From Gemmatimonadota bacterium (GTDB taxonomy: Bacteria > Gemmatimonadota > Gemmatimonadetes > Gemmatimonadales > GWC2-71-9), in the NCBI GenBank assembly GCA_039656555.1, contig JBDHLU010000002.1:658-64657 (forward strand): a stretch of 64,000 nucleotides of DNA. The letters are read 5' to 3'. The notes under the pieces are model-generated. The model saw only the letters and a program-made list of their open reading frames with translations, was not told the DNA's origin and did not search any database. The translations under genes were made by a program, and so were the position numbers. Positions within the stretch are counted from its first letter, which is position 1, and every line of letters begins with the position of its first letter. Of the stretch, positions 1 to 10,603 are shown piece by piece.

Positions 1-1022
1 TATTCGATAGCATAACCCGGGCGAGTCATCCGTACATCAGAAAGACCCGGAACCGCTTGCAGAAACCTGATTTGCACCCCCACAGGAAGCGAAGTAGAAA
101 GGCCGTTCACATATAGCTCTGCCGTGTCCAAACCCTCTGGTTCCAAGAAGATCTGGTGTTTATCTGCATACGGGAACTTTACAATCTTGTCCTCGATGGA
201 CGGGCAGTACCGCGGTCCCCGCCCGGCGATCTCGCCACCATACAACGCGGACTCGTGAATTGACTCCTCGATAATCGATTTGACTTCCCGCCCAGCCCAA
301 GTCACCCAGCACGGCCGCTGTTCTGGGCGGTCCCCCGATTCGTAGGAGGAGAACCCGAAGCCGTCTACCTCACCGTCTTGCCGCTCAAGTTCCGAAAAGT
401 CGACCGATCGCCCATCGATGCGTGGAGGCGTGCCAGTCTTGAACCGATCTACCGTAAGTCCAATAGCCTCTAGCTGTTCCGCCATTTCATGCACAGCGAC
501 ATCACCAGCGCGACCCGCCGAGATGCGCGTGTCGAGTCCTATGTGGATCCGGCCTCGGAGAAAGGTGCCGGCGGTCACGATGACTGACCTTCCGCTAACC
601 GTCCGTCCATCGGACAGCTCCACGCCGCGAATAACCGACTCCTTCAAGAGCAGCTTGGCGACAGTCCCTTGAACGATCTCGAGCCGCTCCTGCGCCTCTA
701 ACAGCGTTCGCACTGCGCGGCGATAGAGTCCCCGATCGCATTGTGCCCGGGGAGCCCAAACGGCCGGGCCCTTTGAGCGGTTGAGCATCCGGAACTGGAT
801 CGTTGATCGATCCGCAGCCCTCCCCATAATCCCACCCATCGCATCGACCTCGCGGACCACTGTCCCCTTAGCAATCCCACCAATGGCAGGATTGCACGAC
901 ATCTGGCCAATGGTCTCCAGATTGGACGTGACAAGGAGAGTGCGAGCTCCGAGCCGCGCGGCAGCCGTCGCCGCCTCCGACCCAGCATGGCCTCCGCCGA
1001 TGACGATTACATCGAATGACAT
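1..1022 (-). CDS. mnmG: tRNA uridine 5-carboxymethylaminomethyl modification enzyme MnmG (GidA), N-terminal part; the gene runs off the left edge
   Basis: Reverse complement from ATG at 1022-1020 reads MSFDVIVIGGGHAGSEAATAAARLGARTLLVTSNLETIGQMSCNPAIGGIAKGTVVREVDAMGG..., with the FAD-binding GGGHAG motif and the MSCNPAIGG signature. Absent from the ORF track because no stop lies inside the window. Confidence 0.9.
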   Translation of the reverse strand, partial: MSFDVIVIGGGHAGSEAATAAARLGARTLLVTSNLETIGQMSCNPAIGGIAKGTVVREVDAMGGIMGRAADRSTIQFRMLNRSKGPAVWAPRAQCDRGLYRRAVRTLLEAQERLEIVQGTVAKLLLKESVIRGVELSDGRTVSGRSVIVTAGTFLRGRIHIGLDTRISAGRAGDVAVHEMAEQLEAIGLTVDRFKTGTPPRIDGRSVDFSELERQDGEVDGFGFSSYESGDRPEQRPCWVTWAGREVKSIIEESIHESALYGGEIAGRGPRYCPSIEDKIVKFPYADKHQIFLEPEGLDTAELYVNGLSTSLPVGVQIRFLQAVPGLSDVRMTRPGYAIE

Positions 1023-1096
1023 GGGCACAAACTAACTGCCTGTGCCGCTGCAGGAATCCGAGCTCTGTTGGTACCGAAGTGAGTCGAAATGGCCGC

Positions 1097-2374
1097 TTAG
1101 GCGGCTCGGATCCAGCGAATCAGTTCCCTCGGGGTAGGCCGCTTTCCATGCATCAAGATCCCGATGCGATAAATACGCGAAGCGAGCCACGTAACTCCAA
1201 GAGCCGTGACGAGAAGAATAAGGACCGACAACGCCAATTCAGGAAGGGGAACTGCCGCCACTGCCCACCGCATTGGCATGGCGACAGGCGCCGACAGCGG
1301 AACAAGCGTGAGTATAGCTGCCAGAGACCCATTGGGATCACTGAGTACCCCGAACGACATGACTGTCGGAATGATGAACAGAAACATCACCGGCATTTGT
1401 GCTTGGCGCATTTCTGATTCGCTCGACGACATCGCGCCAACGGCGGCGAACATTGTCGAGTAAAGGAAATACCCGAGCACGAAGTAGAGCAACAGGATGG
1501 CAACGGTGTCTAGCGGAACTTCCGGGAATCGAATGACGTCCGCCCCTTCCTGAACATCAATGCCCACCATTCTGAGTATCCGCGACTGTTGGTTCAACAG
1601 CACTCGGACGAATCCAGCCCAGATTGTGAGCTGGAACAACCCGACGGCACCAACACCAATCACCTTGCCAGCCAGCAATTGAAACGGCTTCAAGCTCGAT
1701 ACGAGGACTTCGATGACCCGTGACGACTTCTCCTCAACTACAGCACCGGCGACTTGCACCCCGTACACGAGAATGGTCATGTATAGAATGAACCACATGA
1801 AGTACGCCAGGATGAAGGCGCCCTCGCCCGTCTGATCGGTCACCTCCCCGCCGCGGATGTTCACCGTATGGAGTCGGAGTCGCATGCTCGCCTCGGCGAC
1901 AAGCCTAGGATCGATCCCGCTCCGCTCCAAACGAATAGCCAGCGCCGCCTCCTCCACGTATCGCTGGATGATTCCCATGTCGACCTGAGAGGCAACGTTC
2001 GAACCCCGGTACTCAGCCGTCCCATCTTCGATGGTGGCATCGGTCAGAATCAGAAACCCGTCGATAGCTTCATCTCCCACCTCTGATGCCAACGAATCCG
2101 CCATCGGTTCGAGATCCACGAGCCGGCCGGCCAGATACTGCGGTCCCATCCGGGGGCTGCTCGAGAGCCTTTCGACGACGCGTTCGCCGAATCCATCGGT
2201 GGAAACATCGAGGACTACGACGTCTGTCGTACCAGCGGCCCGCGTCAGTAGGAAGGCCGGAAGGAACATCAACAAACCAAGGACAACCGGCCCCAACACG
2301 GTCGAGATGATGAACCACTTGTTGCGCACGCGTTCCAAAAACTCGCGGCGGATCACGACCCAGATCTTATGCAT
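1097..2374 (-). CDS. ABC-2 type (NatB-like) transporter permease
   Basis: Track ORF 1097..2458 trimmed to ATG 2374 (MHKIWVVIRREFLERVRNKWF...). This start overlaps the upstream ATPase stop by 8 nt (ATGCATAA). One N-terminal TM, a large extracytoplasmic loop, then a C-terminal TM bundle. Confidence 0.8.
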   Translation of the reverse strand: MHKIWVVIRREFLERVRNKWFIISTVLGPVVLGLLMFLPAFLLTRAAGTTDVVVLDVSTDGFGERVVERLSSSPRMGPQYLAGRLVDLEPMADSLASEVGDEAIDGFLILTDATIEDGTAEYRGSNVASQVDMGIIQRYVEEAALAIRLERSGIDPRLVAEASMRLRLHTVNIRGGEVTDQTGEGAFILAYFMWFILYMTILVYGVQVAGAVVEEKSSRVIEVLVSSLKPFQLLAGKVIGVGAVGLFQLTIWAGFVRVLLNQQSRILRMVGIDVQEGADVIRFPEVPLDTVAILLLYFVLGYFLYSTMFAAVGAMSSSESEMRQAQMPVMFLFIIPTVMSFGVLSDPNGSLAAILTLVPLSAPVAMPMRWAVAAVPLPELALSVLILLVTALGVTWLASRIYRIGILMHGKRPTPRELIRWIRAA

Positions 2375-3329
2375 TGTGGTCCTCCCCCCGCGCTTCCGCC
2401 ACCGCAGCGTCGGCTCCGACAAGATCAATGAAAATCTTGTTGAGTGTCGGCTCAGCAATCTCGAACCGGGTGACGGTCGCGCCGGACTGCACCAAGCTCT
2501 GGAGTAGCCGTTGCGGATCTGCCGTTTCCGTCAATTCGAGCTCGGCATATTGGCCGTAGTTGTCAGAGGCCTTAACCATGCTTCGGTCGGAAAGCAAACG
2601 ATCAATTGAAGAAAGACCGTCAGCCACTGAGATAATGACATGACGCCCCCCGTGACTGCTCTTCACCTCTGACAAGAGTCCATCCACCACCTTCTTGCCA
2701 CGCGCGATGATGCACACCGACTCGCAGAGCTTTTCCGCCTGTTCCATGATGTGAGTCGAGAACAAGACCGTCGTGCCGCCCTTGTTCAGATCGATCACCA
2801 CATTCTTGATCAGTTGCGTGTTTACCGGATCGAAGCCCGAGAACGGTTCGTCGAGAATAAGAAGTTCGGGACTATGGAGCACCGTACTGATAAACTGCAC
2901 CTTCTGTTGCATTCCCTTCGAAAGGTCATCCACCTTTTTGTTCTGCCAATCCCCCAAGCCGAGCTTGTCCAACCAACGTATTGCTTCCGCCTTGGCTGTC
3001 GACCGCGCAATTCCCTTTATCTCGGCCAAGAACACCAGCAGTTCAACGACCTTCATCTTTTTGTAGAGCCCACGTTCTTCGGGCAGATACCCAATCCTGC
3101 CGCTGAAATCACGACCCGTCCCGGATTGGTCGAACAGAGTAACCGACCCTTCGTCCGGAATGATGATATCCATGATCATTCGGAGCGTAGTCGTCTTTCC
3201 TGCACCGTTCGGCCCCAGAAGTCCGTAGATGGTTCCCTTGGGGATCATCAGCGACAGCTCGCTCACCGCCGTGTGTCCAGCGTAGCGTTTCGTAACGCCT
3301 TGGACAGATATCACTGCCGTTTGTCTCAT
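2367..3329 (-). CDS. ABC transporter ATP-binding protein (NatA/ABC-2 type)
   Basis: Trimmed to ATG 3329 (MRQTAVISVQGVTKRY...). Walker A GPNGAGKTT, ABC signature LSKGMQQK, Walker B LLILDEPFSG. Confidence 0.9.
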   Translation of the reverse strand: MRQTAVISVQGVTKRYAGHTAVSELSLMIPKGTIYGLLGPNGAGKTTTLRMIMDIIIPDEGSVTLFDQSGTGRDFSGRIGYLPEERGLYKKMKVVELLVFLAEIKGIARSTAKAEAIRWLDKLGLGDWQNKKVDDLSKGMQQKVQFISTVLHSPELLILDEPFSGFDPVNTQLIKNVVIDLNKGGTTVLFSTHIMEQAEKLCESVCIIARGKKVVDGLLSEVKSSHGGRHVIISVADGLSSIDRLLSDRSMVKASDNYGQYAELELTETADPQRLLQSLVQSGATVTRFEIAEPTLNKIFIDLVGADAAVAEARGEDHNA

Positions 3330-3464
3330 AGGTCCCGGGGTTTGGTGGAGGCCGCCCCAAGCTACTACGGAGTCGTCGACGCCTCCACCCCGGGGAACTG
3401 ATCCCTCAGGACCCATGTTATGAAAACGGGTGCCGCTCGGTGCCCACATTGACATGAAACGACG

Positions 3465-4199
3465 ATGAATTGCGATATCGCGCGCCTGCAGATTGGCCCG
3501 GACCCGGGCCCACGTCCGCAATCGGACGTCGTCGATGCTGCCCTAAATCACGTGGCTACGTGCCCTGCCTGTCAGGCTTTCTACGCATCTCAGACGGCCT
3601 TGGTCAAGAGGCTCGCGGCCCTGCGTTCGGAACCAACACCCTCCCGACTGCGAGCCAGGATACTCGCGGCCACGGCTCAAAGACCACGGGGCCGCCGCCG
3701 TTGGCAGCTGGGAGCCGCGTTGGCGACGGTGGCTGCCGTGATATTCCTGGTGACTATGCGGTTGCCGGACGGCAACGCTATCGCCGAGCCCCTGGTCGCC
3801 GCCGCTCGATCACAATTGGCCCAGACCACCACGTTCGAGACCGGAGCAATCAATGAAGCCGAGGCTTGGCTCGAACGCGAGATCGGGTATCCCGTAGTCG
3901 TGCCCGACATCCGGGAGGCTGCGCTAGTTGGAGCACGTGTGTCGGTCATCGGCGGCCAACGGTCCGCCATTGTCGTGTACCTCGCACGAGGCATGCCCGT
4001 GACATACTTTGCGCTACCGACTGGGGACATGATGGGACGGCGTATCCGCGACCCTGGGGTTATCTCCGGGGCGAGCGACGGATATGAGGTCGCGATATGG
4101 ACCGAGGATGGCCAAACGCGTGCCATTGCGGCACCGATGACCCGCCCGGAAATAATCGAGTTGGCCAACGACTGCCGGTCGAAGGCATCGACCGACTAG
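3465..4199 (+). CDS. Putative zinc-finger (zf-HC2) anti-sigma factor, membrane-anchored
   Basis: H-x3-C-x2-C motif HVATCPAC near the N-terminus, one TM segment (LGAALATVAAVIFLV) and a C-terminal extracytoplasmic domain. No sigma gene is adjacent. Confidence 0.6.
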   Translation: MNCDIARLQIGPDPGPRPQSDVVDAALNHVATCPACQAFYASQTALVKRLAALRSEPTPSRLRARILAATAQRPRGRRRWQLGAALATVAAVIFLVTMRLPDGNAIAEPLVAAARSQLAQTTTFETGAINEAEAWLEREIGYPVVVPDIREAALVGARVSVIGGQRSAIVVYLARGMPVTYFALPTGDMMGRRIRDPGVISGASDGYEVAIWTEDGQTRAIAAPMTRPEIIELANDCRSKASTD

Positions 4200-4208
4200 G
4201 CTTTTGAC

Positions 4209-4535
4209 CTAGTCTCCAGATCGAACGAAAACGACGTCGTCTTCGATCTTCACTTCGAGCATCTGGAGCCCTTCGTCGGCCGGGGGTTCCAACACTTCAC
4301 CGGTTCGGATGTCGAACTGAGCCCCGTGCAGGCTGCATTCGATGACAAAGTCGTCGACCATTTCCCCTTCGCTCAACGGGAAATCGGCGTGCGAGCAGCA
4401 GTCCTCGCAGGCAAACACATCATTTCCCATCCGAACCATGCATATCGATTGGCGATTCGTGAGCTGCACCCCAACCGGGGTTCCTTCGGGTAGGTCGCTC
4501 AACACGGCGACCTTCTCGAAGTTCGCTTCAGGCAT
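4209..4535 (-). CDS. Rieske [2Fe-2S] ferredoxin-like protein, last gene of the suf operon
   Basis: Trimmed to ATG 4535 (MPEANFEKVAV...). Rieske ligands C-S-H, then 17 residues, then C-S-L-H. Lies 2 nt after the sufU stop. Confidence 0.8.
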   Translation of the reverse strand: MPEANFEKVAVLSDLPEGTPVGVQLTNRQSICMVRMGNDVFACEDCCSHADFPLSEGEMVDDFVIECSLHGAQFDIRTGEVLEPPADEGLQMLEVKIEDDVVFVRSGD

Positions 4536-4537
4536 CC

Positions 4538-5008
4538 TCAGCCGGCCCCTTCTTCTTCTGTCGTCGCTGGATCGTGGGTCTCTCCAAGTGCCGCGTGAAG
4601 CGTGTGCCACGACAGGTTGGCACACTTCACCCGCGCCGGAAATTGCCTAACTCCGCCGAATGCCGCCAGCTTTCCCAACATGTCTTTGTCGATAGGAGCG
4701 GTAGCCGGCGCAGTCACCATACTACGGAATGCACGAAATAGCGCTTCTGCTTCGGCAACCGACTTGCCTTTGACCGCACTGGTCATGAGCGACGCCGATG
4801 CCTGAGAGATGGCGCATCCGGACCCCTCGAACCGCACGTCTGTGATAATGCCGCCATCGACCTTGAGTTCAAGCGACAGCTTGTCCCCGCACAACGGATT
4901 AGACCCTTCGGCATGCCGGTTGGCATCCTCGAGCCGGCCACGATTGCGCGGGCTCCGATTGTGATCGAGGATGATTTGCTGGTAGAGATCTCTCAAGCGG
5001 TCGTTCAC
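4538..5008 (-). CDS. sufU: SufU/IscU-like Fe-S cluster scaffold / sulfur acceptor
   Basis: MNDRLRDLYQQIILDHNRSPRN...NPLCGD...GSGCAISQASAS with the conserved Cys residues. 4-nt overlap with sufS. Confidence 0.85.
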   Translation of the reverse strand: MNDRLRDLYQQIILDHNRSPRNRGRLEDANRHAEGSNPLCGDKLSLELKVDGGIITDVRFEGSGCAISQASASLMTSAVKGKSVAEAEALFRAFRSMVTAPATAPIDKDMLGKLAAFGGVRQFPARVKCANLSWHTLHAALGETHDPATTEEEGAG

Positions 5009-6264
5009 AGACCAAACACCCCTCGCACCTCACGCACCGCCTCCACCAATCGGTCGACATCGTCACGCGTGTTGTAGAACGCGAACGACGCCCTAGCCGT
5101 AGCCGGAACCCCGAGGCGATCCATGACCGGTTGCGTGCAGTGGTGTCCCGCCCGAATCGCAACCTCACGTTGGTCCAGAATCGTCCCGATGTCATGCGGG
5201 TGCACACCCTCCATGACAAACGAGATCACCGACGCCTTATGCATAGCGTTCCCCACGATCCTAAGGCCCGGGACGTCCAGGAGCGCTTCGGTAGCGTAAT
5301 CCCGTAGATCCACTTCGTGCCGCTGCAAGGCTGTCCAGTCGAGCTTCTTCATATAGTCGAGTGACGCCCCCAACCCGATCGTCCCTGCGATGTTCGGCGT
5401 ACCCGCCTCGAACTTGGCCGGCGCAGGAGCATACGTCGTACCGTCGAACGACACCGACCGAATCATCTCGCCACCACCGTGATAGGGTGGCATGGCCTCC
5501 AAATGCTCTGCGAGCCCATAGAGCGCACCGATCCCAGTCGGGCCGAACATCTTATGGCCCGATACCGCGTAGAAATCGCATCCAATGGAACGGACGTCGA
5601 TCGGCATGTGGGGCGCCGCCTGAGCACCATCGATCAAAACCGGAATACCGCGATCATGTGCCATCGCCGTGATGTCTTTGACCGGGTTCACGGTCCCCAG
5701 CGAGTTCGAGATGTGGACGATACTGACAAACTTGGTACGGTCCGTGAGCAACGGCGGGAGCGCGTCGAGATCCAGTTCGCCATCGTCAGTCATCGGGATT
5801 ACTCGGAGCGTAGCACCGGTCTGTTCGACGACGATTTGCCACGGCACGATGTTCGAGTGGTGCTCCATGTGGGAGATAAGCACTTCGTCTCCCGGACCCA
5901 TCCGCGGACGCACGAAACTCTGCGCTACCAGGTTTATCGCCTCTGTCGTTCCACGTACGAATACGATCTCGTGCGGATCAGCGGCGCGCAGAAACTGTTG
6001 AGTTGCAGCCCGCACGTGCTCATAGGCCAACGTCGCTTCAGCACTCAGTCGATAAACACCCCGATGGATGTTGGCGTTCTCGGCCTCGTAGTACCTAGTA
6101 ACAGCATCGATGACCTGCCGAGGCTTCTGGCTCGTCGCGGCGTTGTCGAGATAGACTAGCGAACGACCATGGTGCACTTGTTGAAGGATCGGAAAATCAG
6201 TGCGCACGCGTTCGACATCGAAGTCGAAACGTGGCGCCGCCGTCAACTCATGTACCGTCCCCAT
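5005..6264 (-). CDS. sufS: Cysteine desulfurase SufS (class V aminotransferase)
   Basis: Trimmed to ATG 6264 (MGTVHELTAAPRFDFD...). Contains SGHKMFGPTGIGALYG (PLP lysine) and RAGHHCTQP (catalytic Cys loop). Confidence 0.9.
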   Translation of the reverse strand: MGTVHELTAAPRFDFDVERVRTDFPILQQVHHGRSLVYLDNAATSQKPRQVIDAVTRYYEAENANIHRGVYRLSAEATLAYEHVRAATQQFLRAADPHEIVFVRGTTEAINLVAQSFVRPRMGPGDEVLISHMEHHSNIVPWQIVVEQTGATLRVIPMTDDGELDLDALPPLLTDRTKFVSIVHISNSLGTVNPVKDITAMAHDRGIPVLIDGAQAAPHMPIDVRSIGCDFYAVSGHKMFGPTGIGALYGLAEHLEAMPPYHGGGEMIRSVSFDGTTYAPAPAKFEAGTPNIAGTIGLGASLDYMKKLDWTALQRHEVDLRDYATEALLDVPGLRIVGNAMHKASVISFVMEGVHPHDIGTILDQREVAIRAGHHCTQPVMDRLGVPATARASFAFYNTRDDVDRLVEAVREVRGVFGL

Positions 6265-6268
6265 AGTG

Positions 6269-7615
6269 CTACCCGGCGATCTCCGTCCGTAACCGATCCT
6301 GCACCATGGCATCGAGTCGATGCCGCAATGGCGCGAGCGAAACCCCATTCAATATCTCCGAGGCAAACCCGTGGGTCAGCAACCGTCTTGCATGCTCTCG
6401 CGTCAGCCCTCGACTTTGCATGTAAAACAGGTGGGCCTCGTCAATCGGGCCAAGCGTCGCACCATGCGTGCATTTCACGTCGTCGGCATAGATCTCGAGC
6501 TGCGGTTGGCTATTCGCTCGGGCCGTGTTCGTCAACAACAGGTTGTTATTGGTCTGCTTGGCATCCGTCTTCTGGGCACCTTCCCGCACGATGATCCGGC
6601 CATTGAAGATGCCGCGCGAGCGACCGTCGAATATCCCGTTAAAATACTCCCAACTCTTGCAGTGGGGCTTGGCATGATCCAGTACCGTGTGGTAGTCGAC
6701 GTGCTGGCGACCGCCGAGAACCGAGAGTCCGTTCAGCGTGCTCTCTGCACCCTCGCCATCCAGCACCGATACGATGTCATGGCGCGTGAGCGTGCCGCCA
6801 AAGGTGAAGATCAGATTGGTGAGTCGGCTATCGCGCTCTTGCCAAGACCACGTGCTTGCCGTGTGAAAGGCATCCAACGATTCGTCTTGAAGTCTGTACG
6901 CATCGAGTTGGGCATTTTGCCCGACCACGAGCTCCGTGACACTGTTGGTCCACGTGACACCCGTTCCAAACGTTACGTACGATTCCACGATACTCGCGGA
7001 CCCGCCAGCATCGACAACGATCAACGTCCTGGGATGTGCGACCTCTGCACGCTCACCATCGGCAACGAACGTGTGGATGATTTGCATCGATCCAGCCTGC
7101 GCGTTGGCCGCCACGTGCACGAACGTGCCGTCGTCGATAAACGCCGCATTCAACGACACAAACGGATTCTCTTCATCCTTCGCATGCTTCGTGAGATGCG
7201 AACGGACAAGCGTCTCGTGATCCTGCATCGCTTGCCGGAGGCTCGTGACCGTGACGCCCTCGATATTCGGCACCTGAGTCAGTTCCGGTGCAAACCTCCC
7301 GTTGACCAGAACTACGACCGGAATCGACGGGTCGATTCGGTGGGCATCTATATCCGCGACCGTGATACACCCGTCTTTCTGAGGGGCGAGCACAAAACCG
7401 TGACGGAGAATCGGCTTGAGGTTTGTGAATCGCCATGCCTCCTGTCGCGTGGTCGGAAATCCTCGCTCGGCAAAGCGACCGATCGCTGCCTGCCGAGTTT
7501 CCGCGACCCACGCCGGCGCCTCCGAAGCGCCGTTAGACGCAAACCGATTGAACGCAGCGACGTAATGATCCGGTGTTACGAGCGAGTTGGGTCGGCTGGT
7601 CATCACCTCACCCAA
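6269..7615 (-). CDS. sufD: Fe-S cluster assembly protein SufD
   Basis: C-terminal SufB/D beta-helix block ...TDAKQTNNNLLLT..SQPQLEIYADDVKCTHGATLGPIDEAHLFYMQSRGL. Sits between sufC and sufS. An alternative ATG lies at 7603. Confidence 0.85.
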   Translation of the reverse strand: MGEVMTSRPNSLVTPDHYVAAFNRFASNGASEAPAWVAETRQAAIGRFAERGFPTTRQEAWRFTNLKPILRHGFVLAPQKDGCITVADIDAHRIDPSIPVVVLVNGRFAPELTQVPNIEGVTVTSLRQAMQDHETLVRSHLTKHAKDEENPFVSLNAAFIDDGTFVHVAANAQAGSMQIIHTFVADGERAEVAHPRTLIVVDAGGSASIVESYVTFGTGVTWTNSVTELVVGQNAQLDAYRLQDESLDAFHTASTWSWQERDSRLTNLIFTFGGTLTRHDIVSVLDGEGAESTLNGLSVLGGRQHVDYHTVLDHAKPHCKSWEYFNGIFDGRSRGIFNGRIIVREGAQKTDAKQTNNNLLLTNTARANSQPQLEIYADDVKCTHGATLGPIDEAHLFYMQSRGLTREHARRLLTHGFASEILNGVSLAPLRHRLDAMVQDRLRTEIAG

Positions 7616-8363
7616 CCGCCACTTCTTCGCGAATCCAATCGTAGCCTTTGGCTTCCAACTCGTGGGCGAGTTCCTTATCGCCAGATTTTACCACCCGTCC
7701 GTGCGCCAAGACGTGGACGTGATCAGGTGTGAGGTATTCCAAGATTCGTTGGTAGTGCGTCACGACAATGAATGCCCGGTCCTCGTTGCGGAACTGATTG
7801 ACAGCTTCAGCGACAGCACGCACTGCGTCGATGTCCAACCCGGAATCCGTTTCGTCAAGCACTGCGAGCTTGGGTTCGAGCGCGACCAACTGAAGAATCT
7901 CATTGCGCTTCTTCTCGCCACCGGAGAACCCTTCGTTCACTGCGCGATGAATCAGGCTGTCATCCCAACCGATCGCCTCGAGCTTCTTTTCGAGGAGTTC
8001 GGCGAAATCCAGGGTGTCCAGCTCCTCTTCTCCCCGAGCCTTTCGCACCGAGTTCACAGCCGACTGGAGGAAGTAGCCGTTCGTAACGCCTCGAATCTCG
8101 ACCGGATACTGGAAAGCGAGGAACACCCCTGCAACGGCGCGCTCTTCCGGCTTCATGGCCAAGAGGTCTTGACCCTCGAATGTCACCGACCCTTCCGTCA
8201 CTTCATAGGCCGGATGACCCGCCAAAACATTGGCAAGCGTGCTCTTGCCGGATCCGTTGGGACCCATGATAGCGTGCAGTTCTCCGGCTTTGACGGAGAG
8301 GTTTACGCCCTTGAGGATCTCGGCGCCATCGACTCCCGCGTGCAGATTTCTTATCTCGAGCAT
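7608..8363 (-). CDS. sufC: Fe-S cluster assembly ATPase SufC
   Basis: MLEIRNLHAGV...GPNGSGKSTL (Walker A), FSGGEKKRNEILQ (signature), AVLDETDSGLD (Walker B). Confidence 0.95.
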   Translation of the reverse strand: MLEIRNLHAGVDGAEILKGVNLSVKAGELHAIMGPNGSGKSTLANVLAGHPAYEVTEGSVTFEGQDLLAMKPEERAVAGVFLAFQYPVEIRGVTNGYFLQSAVNSVRKARGEEELDTLDFAELLEKKLEAIGWDDSLIHRAVNEGFSGGEKKRNEILQLVALEPKLAVLDETDSGLDIDAVRAVAEAVNQFRNEDRAFIVVTHYQRILEYLTPDHVHVLAHGRVVKSGDKELAHELEAKGYDWIREEVAVG

Positions 8364-8382
8364 TTCTTCTCTCTTCTTTGGA

Positions 8383-9843
8383 TTAACCGACGCTGCCTTC
8401 TAGGCTGATGCCTAGCAACCGCATCGCCTCGACCGCGAATTCCATGGGGAGTTCGCGGAATACCTGTTTACAAAATCCGTTGACGATCAACGACACGGCG
8501 TCTTCTTCCGACAGGCCGCGTTGCTGGCAGTAGAAGATTTGATCTTCACCGACTTTTGACGTCGTTGCTTCGTGCTCCATAGTAGCGGAACTGTTTCGCA
8601 CATCGATGTATGGAAACGTGTGCGCACCGCACTTGTCTCCAATGAGCATAGAATCGCACTGTGAGTAGTTCCGCGCGTTGTCAGCGCCCTTCATGATCTT
8701 CACCTGACCACGGTAGGTGTTCTGACTCTTCCCAGCGGAAATTCCCTTGGAGATGATGGTGCTGGATGTGTTCTTACCCAGATGCACCATCTTGGTACCG
8801 GTATCCGCTTGCTGGTAATTGTTGGTTACCGCAACCGAGTAGAACTCGCCGACGGACTCATCACCCTCGAGAATACACGACGGATACTTCCAGGTTATGG
8901 CGGAACCCGTCTCGACCTGCGTCCACGAGATCTTGGACTTCCGACCAATACAACGGCCGCGCTTCGTCACAAAGTTGTAGATACCACCTACTCCGTTCTC
9001 GTCTCCGGGATACCAGTTCTGAATCGTCGAGTATTTGATCTGCGCCTCGTCGAACGCTACGAGTTCCACCACGGCCGCGTGTAGTTGGTTCTCGTCACGC
9101 ATGGGAGCCGAACACCCTTCCAGATAGCTCACATACGATCCTGCCTCCGCAATGATGAGGGTCCGTTCGAACTGCCCGGTCGACATGGCATTGATACGGA
9201 AGTAGGTCGACAACTCGAGCGGGCACCGAACACCTTTTGGCACGTACACAAACGACCCGTCTGTGAATACTGCGGAGTTGAGCGCCGAAAAGAAGTTGTC
9301 GTTCTGTGGAACCACTGAGCCGATGTATTTGCGGACGAGATCGGGGTGTTCTTTGATCGCCTCGGAAATCGGCAGGAAAATGACGCCGTGCTTCGACAGT
9401 TCTTCCTTGAATGTCGTCGCTACCGAAACCGAGTCGAACACCGCGTCCACGGCAACCCCCGTCAGGCGCTTTTGCTCTTCCAGTGGAATCCCGAGCTTAT
9501 CGAAGGTCTCCAGGATCTTGGGGTCCACTTCATCCAGACCGTCAAGCGTTTTCTGCTTCTTGGGAGCGGCATAATAGTGAATCGCCTGATAATCGATCGG
9601 TGGATAGGTGATGTTGGCCCACGTCGGCTCCGTCATTCCTTGCCAGCGTTCGAAGGCCTTCATTCGCCATTCGAACATCCAACCCGGCTCATCCTTTTTC
9701 TCTGAAATGAGCCGGATGGTATCGGCGTTCAGTCCCCGCGGAGCAAGATCCGATTCGATGTCCGTGCTCCAACCGTACTTGTACGGTTGTTTCACTTGTT
9801 GATCGATGGCCGTGCTTTCCGCCGCGTCTGCTTTGGTGTCCAT
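8383..9843 (-). CDS. sufB: Fe-S cluster assembly scaffold SufB
   Basis: Trimmed to ATG 9843 (MDTKADAAE...). Conserved SufB core ...[18 protein letters not shown]...[25 protein letters not shown]. Confidence 0.95.
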   Translation of the reverse strand: MDTKADAAESTAIDQQVKQPYKYGWSTDIESDLAPRGLNADTIRLISEKKDEPGWMFEWRMKAFERWQGMTEPTWANITYPPIDYQAIHYYAAPKKQKTLDGLDEVDPKILETFDKLGIPLEEQKRLTGVAVDAVFDSVSVATTFKEELSKHGVIFLPISEAIKEHPDLVRKYIGSVVPQNDNFFSALNSAVFTDGSFVYVPKGVRCPLELSTYFRINAMSTGQFERTLIIAEAGSYVSYLEGCSAPMRDENQLHAAVVELVAFDEAQIKYSTIQNWYPGDENGVGGIYNFVTKRGRCIGRKSKISWTQVETGSAITWKYPSCILEGDESVGEFYSVAVTNNYQQADTGTKMVHLGKNTSSTIISKGISAGKSQNTYRGQVKIMKGADNARNYSQCDSMLIGDKCGAHTFPYIDVRNSSATMEHEATTSKVGEDQIFYCQQRGLSEEDAVSLIVNGFCKQVFRELPMEFAVEAMRLLGISLEGSVG

Positions 9844-9856
9844 GATACCCTCGAGA

Positions 9857-10519
9857 TTACTTGTTGGTGTCCGCCGCAATGTCGACGGTAATCACGTACT
9901 GGCAGGAATTGCATCCATCGGGGATGTATGAATACCGATGGATATCGCTCTGTAGAACGTCTCGGAGAAACTGGACTTCAGCCTGACAAATTTCCGGAAA
10001 TTGCTCGGCGACATCACGCATCGCACAGTTGTGCTCCGCGAGCCGAAGCTGGTTGTCTTCCACCGTCCACGCCGCCATAAACCCCTGCTGATTCAGGAAG
10101 TTGACCACAGCATCGATTTTTTCTTCAATCGTCGCATCCGCCAACTCCACCTGGAGACGGTCCGCGTGTCCCCGGAACCGCTCATTAAACATCTCCCGCA
10201 CGGCATCGCGACCGTTGGTTTGAGCCACATAGGCCAGAACGTCGGTCAGCGCTTCTCCATACTGCGTGGGAAACAGCTGTTCTGCGTTTTCACTCAATCG
10301 AAAGGCGTAGGTCGGCGCCCCAGTACCCCGTTGCTCCCGAGAGTACGTCAATAGTCCCTCTACTTCGAGTTCCTTGAGGTGTCGCCGAATCGCATTGGCG
10401 GACACCGCAAACCGATCCGCCAATTCCTTGGTCGTGAGCGGCTGCGCCCGTTTCAACTCGACAAGGATTTCTCCTCGGAGGCCCTTGTGTCCCGCCAGTG
10501 CGGGGTTTGTCGGCAGCAT
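9857..10519 (-). CDS. sufR: SufR-like winged-helix Fe-S sensing transcriptional repressor
   Basis: N-terminal wHTH ([30 protein letters not shown]) and a C-terminal C-x12-C-x24-C-x2-C cluster (HNCAM...ICQAE...GCNSC). First gene of the operon, 13 nt upstream of sufB. Confidence 0.7.
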   Translation of the reverse strand: MLPTNPALAGHKGLRGEILVELKRAQPLTTKELADRFAVSANAIRRHLKELEVEGLLTYSREQRGTGAPTYAFRLSENAEQLFPTQYGEALTDVLAYVAQTNGRDAVREMFNERFRGHADRLQVELADATIEEKIDAVVNFLNQQGFMAAWTVEDNQLRLAEHNCAMRDVAEQFPEICQAEVQFLRDVLQSDIHRYSYIPDGCNSCQYVITVDIAADTNK

Positions 10520-10563
10520 GGGAGGCGAATCCTAGTCAGTTAAACCGCATTTAGCAACTAATT

Positions 10564-10603
10564 CAACGGTTTTGTTTGTTAATTATGTTCAACCAAACGG
10601 TTG
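10564..10603. promoter_or_regulatory. Candidate SufR operators (two CAAC-N6-GTTG-type sites) in the sufR/def divergent spacer
   Basis: CAACggttttGTTT at 10564-10577 and perfect CAACcaaacgGTTG at 10590-10603. They lie in an AT-rich spacer 45-85 nt upstream of the sufR ATG. Confidence 0.45.

Noticed and set aside
6320-7732. 470-aa plus-strand ORF
   Set aside because: It is antisense to sufD and sufC, which have clear family signatures. The product is Arg-rich and low-complexity, typical of shadow ORFs in GC-rich DNA. The same reasoning applies to 5479..6159, 7587..8408, 10647..11168, 11316..12167, 13582..14520, 49052..50230, 53494..54171, 54549..55439 and 62186..63160.
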